Positions 12,744 to 26,879 of a stretch of DNA of 64,000 nucleotides are shown here, one piece after another. Position numbers and translations under genes: made by a program. Numbering within the stretch: the first letter of the stretch is position 1; every line of letters begins with the position of its first letter. This DNA is from Octopus vulgaris (Eukaryota), in assembly GCA_951406725.2 (NCBI GenBank), contig OX597824.1:71548001-71612000 (forward strand), written 5' to 3'. The notes beneath the pieces were generated by a model. The model saw nothing but the letters and a program-made list of their open reading frames with translations. It was not told where the DNA came from and searched no databases.

Positions 12744-13069
12744 TGGGGTCAATGTAATCGACTTAATCCATTTGTCTGACCTTGTTTGTCCCCTCTATGT
12801 TTAGCCCCTTGTGTGTAATAAAGAAACAGATGCAAACAATACCACAAGGTACTTTATCAATATACCATACATCAATTCTACCCTATACAACCCATATTAT
12901 GTATGTAATATAATGTATATCTGTATGTATGTATGGATAGATGATCTGTGCAGCAGTAATGTTTTCAAGAATTTTAGGATTAGTAGTTTACCTTAATAGT
13001 GGAGTACTCAGCCAGTATCTGAAGGATATGGGTTCAACTTCCATAGCCACCTGCAAGTAACTTTTTAAT

Positions 13070-13398
13070 GAAGGCATATGTCTCAGTGGTTAGAGTGTTG
13101 GGCTCACAATCACGAGTTAGTGAGTTTGATTCCCTGACTGGGCTGTGTGTTGTGTTCTTGAGCAAGACACTTTATTTCATGTTGCTCCAGTTCACTCAGC
13201 TGTAGAAATGAGTTGTGACATCACTGGTGCCAAGCTGTATCGGCCTTTGCCTTTCTCTTGGATAACACTTGTGGCATGAGAGGGGAGGCTGTTATGCATG
13301 GGCGACTGTTGATCTTCATAAACAACCTTGCCCAGACTTGTGCCTCGGAGGGTAAATTTCTAGGTGCAATTCCATGGTCTTTCATGACCAAAGGGGAT
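13070..13398 (+). mobile_element. tRNA-derived SINE family D
   Basis: CTCAGTGGTTAGAG A box, GTTTGATTCC B box, then TTGAGCAAGACACTTTATTTCA...CACTCAGCTG central domain. Confidence 0.75.
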
Positions 13399-16300
13399 CT
13401 AAAAATAAAGAATGTAGTGGGTAAGATGGCCCTTAGCAAGAACAAAGTTTTTTGTGATAACTGATGACCTGCTGCTCTTCTGAGTTACAGGTTCCTCTTG
13501 TGTAGTGGGGAAAGTAGTGAGGTGTTGATTGAGGTTGGTTTCCTCTCCCTGTGTGTCTCACTATATCTGTGTGAGTGTGTCTATAAATATACCCACCTCT
13601 TTCCTTGTTTCTGCTCGGGCAGTAAGTAAATGATTATACAAATAGTAAGAAATCTATTGCAAAAACTTGATTTACATTTTCTCTCCCACAATACTTTTAC
13701 CCAATACTTCCACCAGATGAGAAGAAAATGTGACTTGGTGGGACGGCAGGAAAGTTGTGAGCTTACTTCTGCTAAAAGGAAACAAAAGCTTCTAGTACAA
13801 TTTCACCCTGTTTTTCATTCAACTCTTCCTTCCTCCCCCATCTTTCTCTCTCTCTCTCTCTCTCATATATAATGCCTGTAATTTTTGCTTAGTTGATGCA
13901 GTTAACACCTCTTCCATAAATATACATATTTTCATATTCTGGGCAGTTAGTTAAACTGGCAGCAATAAAAAATTTATACTTCCCCTTCTAATTTATCCAG
14001 ATTAAAGGAGGTGTCAAACCATCAACTGCTGGAAATTTGGTGGTGTATCTGTACTTTATTTTGTCAACTTCATGAATGAACCAGAGACTACTAAACTGAC
14101 CTGTATGTGAAGGGACATAACCACAGTAGAAAAATAATACCATAATTCATTTTTGTCTACACCACCAAATTTTTTATTTGCTGCTGATTATATACATACC
14201 ATACTTTGATAGTGTGTAGACTGAAGTTCTTATTGGCAAGCCATTAGTATTGTAATCTTTACTTAGGTTAAGTCTCCTGATTTGGATTGTAAAAGCTGTA
14301 ATGTTTCTTTGATTTAGCACAACTATACAATCTACAGTAGATGCAATGTTCAAATCCTGATGGTGTTACAGCTTTCTGTCCCCTCTTTGTTTTATGTTAT
14401 ATTTATATCTACCTATCTATCTGTCTGTATAAAGATGCATTATCAATGATTTATTTAGCTTACACATGTTTCAGATAGCCTGACATGATACAAGTACTGC
14501 TTGTTGCAGTATGCATATTTAATTGATCCTTCATTTGATCAACTATCAGAAATAGAGAGCAGCTATTCTTATCAAAGTGAAAATATTTTGAGAAGCATTT
14601 TGGCTTTGATAAGAATAGCTTGGCAGCTAACTACTCTGTATTTCTGGCAATTTAATCGATCAAATGAAGGATTGATTAAATATGCCTACTGCAGTATGCA
14701 GCTCTTGCATCATGCCAGGTTACTCAAACCATAAATATTCATTTCGTTCGTCATTGTTTAACGTCCGCTTTCCATGCTAGCATGGGTTGGATGATTTTGA
14801 CTGAGGGCTGGCGATTCAGATGGCTGCACCAGGCTCCAAACTTGATCTGACAGAGTTTCTACAGCTGGATGCCCTTCCTAACGCCAACCACTCCAAGTAT
14901 GTAGTGTGTGCTTTTTATGTGCCACCAGCATGGGGCCCAGTCAGGCGGCATTGGCAACGACCTCGCTTCAATCTTTTTACACGTGCCAGTGAAGCGATGT
15001 TGGTAACGATCACGCTTGAATGGTGCCCTTTTACGTGCCACGGGTACAGAAGCCAGCTGGCTGCTCTGGCAACGATCACGCTCAGATGGTGCTCTTGGCA
15101 CCCTACTAGCACAGGCATAAGTGCCAGTAAGGCGACGCTGGTTTTGTATGTGAATATACATACACACAGACACATGCATGTAATGTGTGTCTGATCAGTT
15201 TTTGTCTACTGAGTTTCACTCAAGACTTTGGTGTGATAGAAAGCAGTTATCCAAAGTTCTTGCCCAGTGAGACAAAAATTTTAAAAACAAGTTTGGGGGG
15301 AGGGTAAATCGATTATGTTGACCCAGTGTTCAACTGGTACTTATTTTATCAACCCCAAAAGGATGGAAGATTAAGTCGACCTCACCAGATTTTGAATTCA
15401 ACGCATACAGACAGATAAAATACTACTAAGCATTTTGGCTGGCATGCTACCAGTTCTGCCAGCTTGCTGCCCTAACAATAATAACAACAACAACAACATT
15501 ACGACCTTTTTGATACCCAGTTGTAAGATACAAGATTCTTTTGCTTATGGCAGTTATTCAGTTCCTACTTGCTGAAAATTGCCCACTGAACCTTTCTTCC
15601 TTGAATTATGATAGTCAAATCCTTGATGTAAAAAGACAGTTTGTCTATTACAACAAATGTATTATTAGAACATTATATTTCAGTAGTCTTTCTTTTAAAT
15701 TTTTTCAGTCTTCACTGTTTTTCTTTTTTTTCTCTTTTCTTCTTCCAATTATAACACAGACAACGTAGAATTAAGAGGACTCTCCAGTGTTGCTAAAGGC
15801 AAAACAACTTCTATGGTGCCACAAAAAAAAAAAATGCACCTAGTAGATAGTGTTAAAAAAGGTATACAACCAAAATTAAGACATTGGAGCAAGACATTGT
15901 CCTCCAACCCATCAGATCCTATCAACATGTCCAACCTTTGGTGGTATGGAAAGTGGACAGAACTTAAAGATAAAGTCATTCACTGTCAGATATTTAACCA
16001 GTTTACTAATTCTTTCCAGTTTAGATTCAAAATATTACAGATGTATGTGTATCTACAATTATAGGGTAATCTCAAGATCTCTCAGTAGCAGTCCTACCTA
16101 TCCCTTAACTCTTTTAATACCAACCCCCCTCAGACTTCTTCTGACCCTGTGATACACACTTCCTGATTTAAAGGGATCTAAATTAAAACTTTCCATCAAC
16201 ATTTCATATCATTTTTTGTTCCAAATACCAGCTTAATAATGACAAATATTCCACTAAATTCTTCACAATTTTCAAAATCTATAGAAGCAAAAATAGTATA

Positions 16301-19300
16301 TTTCAGCTGAAATATGTTAACAAAATGCTTAGAGACAGGATGGTCATGGCTGGAAATATATAGATGAGTTAGTGATAAGGTAGTCATGGTTGATCACTAT
16401 TTTTGATCAAAGGTCTGTTAATTCAGTCCTGACCAGTCACACTGGTCAGTCATCTTCATGGAAGATTGCAAATGAATGGCACTATTTGTATGATAATGAT
16501 GCTTGTTCACAAGTGCATGATGTCAGAACAAGAACACACACTCATATAAAATAGGCTTCTTTCAGTTTCCATTTACCAAATCCATTCACAAGTCTTTGGT
16601 CAACCTAAGGCTATAGTAGAAGACACTTGCCCTCAGTGCTCATGACTATTTACAGAGCCTCAGAATCTAGTAGGAGGGAGGGTCTTTGTTTTCAACTAGT
16701 CCCTTTCTCTTCAAAACTGCTGGCATTCTGCCTAAATTAGACACAGTAGTTATTATTACTATTCTGCCTCCTTTCAGTAATTTTTTATATTTCTGCTACA
16801 AACCCAGCTCAGTTTTCATGTTTCATTTGTCTGACTGCTGTGCTGGTAGGCTAACTGTTATCTAATTCTCTTTTTACCTCTTTCTTTGTCAATCTCATGC
16901 TTATCTGTTTCTGTAAACCATCTTTCTCAGCAGAGCCATTGCTTTCTCATTCTTCCTTCTCTAACATGACATAAAGACGAAAACTAGCAAACAAAAAAGA
17001 TAAAAATAGGACACATAACTTGGTGGTTTATATATAGAGATTATTATTATTATTTTATTCAGTGTGGTGGAAAGGTAGACTTGGCAAAGCATTGGCAAAA
17101 ATGCCTTGTGATACTTGTTCCAGTTCTTTATGTTCAAATCCTACCATGGTCAACTTTGCCTTTCATTTCTTTGGGGTTGATTTATTCAACAAACTCCCTT
17201 CTTCAAAATTGCTGGCCTTAATGCCTTAGAAACAATTATTATTAATCAATAGTTGCAGAAAAAATACCTAGTGGTATTTCGTGGCTATTCTTTCAGAATT
17301 AAAATCCTGCTGTTTCCAACTTTGCCTTTTATCCTATCCTATTGTAATCAATAAAAAGCTTATCAATTAAGCATTGGGAATCAGTTGAATCAATGATACT
17401 GTTCTATAAATCTGAAACCTTGTGTCAATGTTAAGAATAAAAAAAAAAAAGAACAGAAAGATATGGGGAATTGGAAAAACGATTAGAGCAGTGGAGAAAA
17501 TGCTGTTACATTCTGAATTCAAACCTCACCATGGTGAACTATGCTTTTCATCCTTCCAGGATTGATAAAGTACTTCTATCGGTTTAGTGAACTAACCTCT
17601 CATCAATTGTAGCTGTGTTAGAAATAATTATTATACAGAGTAACTGAAGCCGACTAAATTTGATATTTTTAAACACTTGTTATGTGTACTGTTTACATTA
17701 GTCAAGATGGTGTCCTCATCTTGATTGTTGCTTTCACTACATTTTAGTTGCATAATATGTAAACAGTATACATAATATTAATTCCTCATCTCAGAAATAT
17801 AGAGTTGCACTTGTTGTTTGTTATACAGATTTACGTTGTTTTTGTTTGTTTTCTTTTTTAAATTCTTTGGTTTGATATCATATAATAGATATCAGTAATA
17901 CACAGGAACAATTCATTCCAATTAGCAGTCTTCCCTCAGCCCACTTCCACTGCTGCATCAAGTGTGAATTATGAATTCTAAGTGTTTTCCAAGTTCAAGG
18001 CACTCTTTACTTTGGTGGAAAAAGCATAAATACCACATCTTCCAATATCTCCCAGCCGCTCCATTTTCTTAAAATATTCAACTTCATGTCAGTATAATCA
18101 AGATCATGTCAATTTCGGTAGGATATGGCAGAAACAGTGGAGCATCAAATGAAATCCTTTGCAATATTTAGTTATATTACTTTACATTCTGAGTTCAAAT
18201 CCTGCTGAGTTTGCTTATAGTCATGTACTGGAGTTGATGTTAACTGTATTCCTCCTTACAATATTTGTTGCCTTGTGCTGTGCCAATGCTAAAAATAATT
18301 ATTACTGGAGATGGCCAACAACAGAGTGCCAGAATAAATGCATTATTATATTTAGTTTCATCTCTCTTATTTTCCAGGTTCAAAGCCTTAATTTTCAAGC
18401 ATATACCAGTGACATATTAGAGTTGAATGATTGATTTTATACATTCTCTCTTTTACTTGTTTCAGTCATTTGACTGCGGCCATGCTGGAGCACCGCCTTT
18501 AATCGACCAAATTGACCCCAGGACTCATTCTTTGTAAGCCTAGTACTTATTTTATCGGTCTCTTTTGCCAAACTGCTAAGTTATGTAGACGTAAGCACAC
18601 CAGCATCGGTTGTCAAGCGATGTTGGGGGGACAAACACAGACACACAAACATATACACACACATACATATATACGACGGGCTTCTTTCAGTTTCCGTCTA
18701 CCAAATCCACTCACAAGGCTTTGGTCAGCCTGAGGCTATAGTAGAAGACACTTGCCTAAGGTGCCACGTAGTGGGACTGAACCTGGAACCATGTGGTTGG
18801 AAAGCAAGCTACTTACCACACTGCCACTCCTACATAGGTAATTTTAAATTTGGGTATACACTTGGTAGTATGCCATTTAAAGCCCATTCACTGTATTTGG
18901 CTATCTGATGTCATCAACAGTATGGATATAAATGCCACTGGATTTACTTCATGAATTCCTTGTGTCTGTAGAGTTTACAGTATGAGAGAAAGAGAAAGAA
19001 ACTGGAAATTACAAGATTTTTTATTAATAACTACAATCGTTTTGACCCATCATGCATTGGTCCCTTGCAGGTGAGATTCTGTAAAAGTAGTCGTGGTGCA
19101 ACATTCAATGCAGATGTGCCTCATCAGTTGATTTGTCAAAAGGTACCTCATTCTTTAATCTCCATTTCGCTTATTTTATTTAGAATACATTTTGGTATTT
19201 TCCTGTAGCTAATTGCATACAGAAAAAAAAACATGAGTTGGAACAAAGAACAGTTTTCTTATATAAAAGAATTGTTCTTCATTCTAACTCCCGTTTTCTC

Positions 19301-20331
19301 CTGCATGCAAGTAGTTACAGGCAAATACCAATATATTTTCTTTCTCTTTGGCCATGTGCCTTATAAATTATATTTCTTTTTAACCTACCTTCACACCTTA
19401 ATCTGTTAGCAACCAATTGGTTTTTTTACTGGCTTAGACATGAGTAATTCATTGTTGCTATGTGAGAAAGTTTGTGTGGTGTTCATTTAAAGTCAGTGCA
19501 AATTGAATATAAATCTCTCTATTGCTAGGTAATTCTCTTCAGTAAAAGCCTACTTCAAGTATCTATTACTCACAGGTAGTAGAAAAGGGTGTCTTGCTAT
19601 GAAATGACTTGTGGCAGAGTTGAGCTAAAATTTTATCATGGTTCCTATTTTAACTGTCTGCATGCAATTATTGATTAGTTAGGTGTACAATACTAGTGGT
19701 TGTCACTTACCTTGATTTTATATCCAGTATGTTTCGATATCTTGATATCTCACTTCACCTCATCCACCCACCTACCTTTCATCATTGACCTTCCTCTACC
19801 ACAGCTAACTTTTACTGTCAACATATAAAACTTTGTCACTTAGCATTCCTTGTACATTTGCATTATGTCCATACCAACAAAACTGCATTTTATTCCCAGC
19901 AGCTCTTATTTCTTTACTACCCACTAGGGGCTACACACAGAGGGGATAAAGAAGGACAGACAAACAGATTAAGTCGATTATATAGACCCCAGTGTGTAAC
20001 TGGTACTTATTTAATCGACCCTGAAAGGATGGAAGGCAAAGTCGACCTCGGAGGAATTTGAACTCAGAACGTAGCAGCAGACGAAATACCGCTATGCATT
20101 TCGCCCGGCCTGCTAACATTTCTGCCAGCTCACGAGCAGCTCTATTATGCTATGACCTTCATGTTAGATTACTACATTTATTTATTTCCCACTTTAGCAA
20201 ATCTTCAGTGCTCAGTGAAATATACAATATCATTAGAAACAGAGGAAATCAGCTGGACTAGTCTCAATCTTGTTTTGAGATTTTCATCAGTTACTGAGTA
20301 CCTTCTTTAACTATCCACAGAGATACTGCTT

Positions 20332-20554
20332 TTAACCCTTTAGCATTAGATTTCTTTGTCAAGTGTATTGCTTATTTATTGACACTGTTTTGAATTAACC
20401 ATGCATTATCTCTTAGCTTTGATATTTCAATGATGTGACTATTTTTAGAATGACATTGTAAAGTAGGTGTGAGAGGCTGGATCTGGGCTGTTTGAACATA
20501 AGATGGATGAAATATTTTAACTGGATACAGCTGGTTTAAATGCTGAAGGGTTAA
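20332..20554. mobile_element. piggyBac-type MITE family 2 (copies 53509-53736 and about 60888-61044)
   Basis: TTAA-CCCTTTAGCATT ... AATGCTGAAGGG-TTAA. Confidence 0.8.
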
Positions 20555-21413
20555 ACCAATAATAATTAAGGGCTTAAACGAACTGGATAGACCAATTTAT
20601 ATATATATATAACATATAAATAAAGTCTTCAGTAATGATACTGTAGAATAATAGACTATCATAGCTATGTAAATTAGTTAAATATCATCAGCTATTTTTC
20701 AAAAATTGTTTTGCTATAGCTTAGTCATTTGAAATAACACCTTCCATTTGTAATGTCTTCATATTCTGATAACTGAGGGGAGGAGATGTCTGATTTTTTT
20801 GGTTTTTTACCCTTTGATATCTAACTGAAAGCTTGATTGAAAAAGTAACTAATGCTGTTGCTAGGAATGTTAAAGTACTAACTCAAAGACTCAAGTCTTC
20901 TGTGATAAAAAAACAAAATATCAGTTTGTGTCAATATATCTCAGCTGTCTTTATCTTGTGGCTATTTTTTTTTCAACAGTAATTTCAGTTAGCTGTAAAC
21001 AACACAATATAGGAATATTATCAAAATTTTGCTTATCAAAGTGTCAGGAACTGGTGATAAGATAAGTTTCATTCAACACAATTATTATCAATTGTTGGTA
21101 TTTAGTTAATCACAAATGTCAACAGGTAGGGGTTTAGATTCAGTTGTTTAGTCTCAGGTTAATCCTGATTGAACAGCAACTGTGACCAATCTTTTTAAGT
21201 ATTATGGGACTAAATCATATGTTGCTTCCTTTGTTAAAATGGTATGGTTTGACTATTAGGAGATTTGGCTGCCATCTCCCCCAGATCAGTCGACCTTCTA
21301 GAGCAATGGTTCTCAGCTGGAGTCCATATAAGATTCTGTGTTAAATTTATGAGCAATAAATTGCTTATACTTCTACAACATTTCAACAATTTTTAAAAAA
21401 TACAACTCCTAAT

Positions 21414-21798
21414 AGACGTAGGAGTAGCTGTGTGGTAAGTAGCTTGCTTACGAACCCCATGGTTCCGGGTTCAGTCCCACTGCATGGCACCTTGGGCAAG
21501 TGTCTTCTACTATAGCCTCAGGCCGACCAAAGCCTTGTGAGTGGATTTGGTAGACGGAAACTGAAAGAAGCTCATATATATATATGTATGTGTGTGTATG
21601 TGTTTGTGTTTGTCCCCCCAACATCGCTTGACAACCGATGCTGGTGTGTTTACGTCCACATAACTTAACGGTTCGGTGAAAGAGACCGATAGAATAAGTA
21701 CTAGGCTTACAAAGAATAAGTCCTGGGGTCGATTTGCTGGACTAAAGGCGGTGCTCCAGCATGGCCACAGTCAAATGACTGAAACAAGTAAAAGAGTA
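21414..21798 (+). mobile_element. tRNA-derived SINE family A (other full copies 18445-18833 on minus, 56371-56751 on plus)
   Basis: A-box-like GTGTGGTAAG, B-box GGTTCAGTCCC, internal (TG/TA)n, tail ACTGAAACAAGTAAAAGAG. Nested in a hAT-type MITE. Confidence 0.88.
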
Positions 21799-22267
21799 AT
21801 AACATTTGATTATAAAAGTTTTATATGATTTTTCAAACATTGAATAGCTAGAAGGGTCCACTTCATTAAAATAAGAATTAAAGGAATTCATAGGTAAAAA
21901 TAGGGTTAAGAACCATTGATGCAGAGGTTCATTAATCTTTCACTTAGTTCAAATTTCATCATTTGTCAGTAAGGTCAATACTTGGTTCACAACATGTTTA
22001 TTTGCCAAGACCAACATATGATCTATCACAGGTGTCATTAGTGATGTCATCATTCAGTATATTTGCTTTGCCACATAACATTTAGGTCAGTGGTTGGTTT
22101 ACCACAAGCATCATCATCTGTGCTTTAGGGCATCCAATTTAGCACAGATGTCAGCATTTGGTAGTTAAGTCAATAATTTGTTACTGTTTAGCTTCAGGTC
22201 AACCCCAATCAAACAAAACCAATGAACATGATCATTCCACATTTCTAGGGGTTTTATAAAACATTGC

Positions 22268-22547
22268 TAATATGAAATAATAATGAAATTATTGTATACA
22301 GTACTCAGGTGCACCACAACTTGTCAAAAGTGCATATAAAGAATATGCAGTAATGTACAAATGTCTGGAAAGTGAACAGTGTATGAGTCAGATACATGCT
22401 TACATGTGTATGGAGGGGAGAAAATCAGGTGTAGTGTTGGCGAATCTCAGGAAGCATGGAAGTTTTGAAGGATGCAGTGCTCCGACAACTAACAACTAAT
22501 GCCAGCAGTTTGTTCCATGCTTCAGCAACTCTTAGTGTGAAAAAAAC
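22268..22547 (-). mobile_element. CR1/L2-clade LINE 3'-end fragment
   Basis: Minus strand FFTLRVAEAWNKL...SFKTSM*, plus 3' UTR and (ATT)n-like tail. The same tail recurs at about 39945-39990. Confidence 0.8.
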
Positions 22548-24067
22548 AATTTTCCCCTTTTCTAATTCTTTTAACACTAACCTGCCTTAGATCACTTTGG
22601 TTCTGTGATACAAATTTCCTGATCTAAAGTGATCTAAAAACCTTCCATCAAAATTTTTTGTTCATTTATGTTCCAAGCATCAGCTATTGAATGAGTTATT
22701 TACTAAATTCTTCATTATTTTCAAATCTGACTGAAACAAAGGGTTAAAGTGATCTAAATTAAAATTTTTCATCAAAATTCCATGTTAATTTATGTTCTAA
22801 ACACTAGCTTAATAACAACAAAACTATTTTACTAAATCATTTTTAAAATAAAGGTAACTATCTCAACAAAGTAAGAAAAGGGTTAAGACAGTGGAGTGTA
22901 ACTTGAACAAGATTTAGCTGCAGGCTGATCCACCATGAAGGAGCTTCTTTCCCTGATTTGACATCATTTGACAGTAAGATCATTATTTGATCTACTCCCA
23001 AATGTCATGCAGCAGGTGGATTAAAAAAAAATTATGGAATAGTGAAATATCCATTGCTAAGACTCTGAATTCATAAACGTGTCAGTTCGTGTGAGAGCTA
23101 CTGCTACTGTTGATGAGGATAAGTATGATAGATGAGTGAAAGACTGTAATGAGAAAGAAGAGAATGAGTTAGGTGTTATATGTGTCAGGCACTGTATAAT
23201 TGGAGCAAGGTTTTATAACAGTTCTTTCATTATCATTTTCAACAGATTTACATCTGGCTGGATTATTAGGGTATCAGATTGTTGACTGATAAAGTAGTGG
23301 TTCATATTTTTTTTACTGGTGCCATATTTTATCACTCACTTAGTCATTTTACTTGTAAACAATAACTGGAATGAGATACAATTCACTTAAGTAAGCAGCT
23401 GACTACACGTGTGGGTGGTTTTCCACCTTGCAGCCTTCCAATCAGAGTGGCCCATAATAGAAGACCCACCACCACACAAATTATAATTCTGTTTAATCAG
23501 TCCTATCAATAGTTTAACAATAAGATCTAATTGTATTTATGACCACAGAGGGCTTTTGAAAGCTGTAGCTAAGTTCCAGTTTCATGGTATGTAGCTCATA
23601 AAAGATAGGATATTGGTTTAGTGGAGATACACTTGACAGCTAGTTAAACTGAATTAGGTAGACTTAAATACTTTCTAAAGAAACATCAAATCACTAACAG
23701 CAGATATGAACTCGCTACCTATGAGCTGATTGTCCAATACCTTATCCAGAGAGCCATGTCATATCTACTCTGATAAAAGTAGATTATATGTATGAATTGA
23801 CATTTAATAATTATGGTATGGCAACAAGTTACAATAGTGATTCACTCATCACTACTTCAGCAAGTACAGTAAAGTCTATATTTGTTTATTAGATCATAAT
23901 AAGAAGGCAAATTGGCAGAACCATTAAGTAGAAAGTCTTGTGCTATTTATTACAATGCTGCACTATAAATTCAAAACCTGCCAATGTCACCTATGCCTGT
24001 TATCCTTTAAGGGTTTGATATTAAAAGAAAGAAAAAGTACCAACCAGAGTTAGTGGAACCTTTTGAG

Positions 24068-24358
24068 CAGTGGTTCTCAACCACAGTTCATATAAGATTT
24101 TTTGGGATCCACAATTTTTAATGGCTTCTGAAAAAGTTTTGCTTTAGATGTATGTATTGGTATGTATTTCAAGAAACAGCTAGGTTTCTTTCTCAGACAT
24201 ATTACATAATTCAACCTACATAAATGTGTGAACATCAAAATACAAATTTTTAAAGTATCTGAAAATCTAGATTTTAACCATCGAATGGCTGTGGTGGTCC
24301 ACCAGAATAACATAGTAATTAAAGGTGTCCATAGCTGAAAAATGGTTGAGAACTCCTG
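24068..24358. mobile_element. hAT/Charlie-type MITE (relatives 21304-21918, 32649-32817, about 32907-33210)
   Basis: CAGTGGTTCTCAACC ... GGTTGAGAACTCCTG terminal inverted repeats. Confidence 0.75.
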
Positions 24359-26879
24359 TTTTAGTATCAGACAGGATGCCTTGCAGTATTTGGTGTTTAT
24401 CGTGACTGAAGGTGGCGAGCTGGCAGAACCGTTAGCACGCTGGGTAAAATGCTAGGTCACATTTCGTCTGAGTTCAAATTCCACGGAGGTCAACTTTGTC
24501 TTTCATCCTTTTAGAGTGGATAAAATGAGTACCAGTTGAGTGCTGAGGTCAGTGTAATCGAATTGCGCCTCCACCCTTCGAAATTTCCTTGACTCCAAAA
24601 TTTGAAACCGATATTTGTTGTGATTCTGCATTCTGACAGCAACACATGTGACAAATGGTATAAAACCATATTGGTTCATGCTTTGCCTTTTCTTGACTCC
24701 CTAAAATCTTGCCTACGATTGCACTGTATATGTAGGTGTATGGTCAACTCAAAATTGATTGACAAAGCCTTATATAATAATAATAAAACAACATGTCACC
24801 AAGCTATACCTACATTCTATTTTATTCACAAAAATCCTCAAGTCATTTAACATCTGCTAGTAATGGTTAAGTTCTACTTCACTAATGAACTCTAATGAGA
24901 CTGAGACATTGTCACTATACTGTCAGACACACTCCTCTCTACATTTCATAGCTAATTAAAATTTCAAAGTTGTCTACCCTCTCTGATTATACTTGCTCAT
25001 TTAGCAAATAATTATTCTCAATGAAGCAGACATTTCTAGGTATTTTCTCTACCCATCCAGTTATTTTTATATCAACATATCTACAACAGTACTTGGCACT
25101 ACAAACTTACAAAATATTTGTCAGTATGTAATACTGCTGTTATTTAGTTTTCTATCTGTTCTTTGCCTGTGGGTTGACCTTTTGAGATGCAGTGCACAGC
25201 AGTAATTCCTACCTTAATGGTATCTATATATAGTTAGCTTGGGTATATTAGGATTAAGGGCTTCTGACAAAAATATAATGTAATACATGATACAAACTGC
25301 TAATATCTCAGCTAGCAGTCCCATTTCATAGCAACTTAGCTATGTCTGCTTTACAGTTGTGAGTGGATTAGGCATAATGCTGGCAGAGAAATACTATAAG
25401 TAACTAAGGTATGTAAAAGAAGAATTAAGCTTATATTTGTCACAAGCAACAGCAATAGGGATCTCTGCATATGTACTGCAATCAGGACTAATAGGAACGT
25501 TTTAATGAGGTCCTCTCGCAGACTACGAGAAACTTCATTATTACAGCTGATGACTTTAATTCTTCTGATACTGTATTCCTGTTGAAATACACTGCCTTTT
25601 GCTTCAATTAATTTTGAAAATAATGAAGAATTTAGTAAAATAAGTTTATTATTAAACTGGTGTTTGGAACATAAAATTAGCATGAAATTTTGGTGGAGGT
25701 TTAAATTCAGGGCAATTAAAGAACAAGAACTTTGTATCTTAGAACCAAGGGGAATTGGTATCAAAAGATTACAGGGCATGTTGGACAATGACATGATGGC
25801 TGCTATAGATATGGTACAAAGAATAAAGAGAGGTCAAAGCTCTTGGAGTTTTGTGATACAAATGTCCTATTTGGAAACTAACCAGCCACCTGATCATTAA
25901 CCCAATTGATGAAGACACAGGCTATATAAACTTGGTATTTGCCAGGTAATGGGATAGACAACTGATTGTAAATGTTAAGTTCTCCTTGACAGTAAAGAAT
26001 GTCTCATTCAATATATCCTGAAGTTACTGGTCATCAGTCTAAGAGCTAAATGGACCCAGAGACACAAGTCGATATTGAGAAGGAAGGTATCAAAACCAAA
26101 AGATTTTCCAGTCAGTTAAATTCAAAGAGGTATTACTCAATTCATGTAACAAAGAGGAACTTAGAAACTTATAACAGAAGACAGCTGGAAGATTCTATGA
26201 GCCAACTTGCTATAAGGTACTGACAAAATCTGTGGATGGATCAAGGTTCCAGCCAGATGGGAGGTGATATAGAGGAATGATACAATAGATAGAATCATAA
26301 AAGTGACAAGCAAAGTTCAAAAGAAGGGCAGAGAGTAAGGAATGGCATTAGGAAACTAGATGTAAGTTTACATATCAAAAAGAGAAATTGAAAACTAGAC
26401 ACTTGCTTTGCAATGCAGAAGACCTCATGCTTCTTTCTGATCTTCTTGTCATAGGCAATGAGATACTGCATCAAGTAGATACAACAGACAGACCATCTAC
26501 TGAAGTTGATAAGATATAAATACAAGGAAAGCAACTGGACCATCAAAAATAGTCATCGAGATGCTAAAAGTATGTAATGAAGTAGAACACACATCAACCA
26601 GTATGACTGTAGGATTTGAGATGTCAGTTCTAATGATTCAAAAGTAGAGAAGTTCTAGAAAGAAGCAAGTACAGGAGTATCAAATTAATGGACTATGTTA
26701 TGAAAGCAACAGAAAGAATTATAACATAACCGATTAGGAAGAGAATTAGCTAAGATGGCACATCATTCAGAGTTATGCTGAGTTGAAGTATAACCAGTGT
26801 CCTCTTCCTAATGAAAAAATTACAGATAGCATTCTTCAGAATGAAGAAGGCACCATGCTCTCTAGTCTGGTGGGCATTA

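Noticed and set aside
12971-13130. tRNA-like sequences with A/B boxes
   Set aside because: No complete cloverleaf. They are SINE heads or decayed heads.
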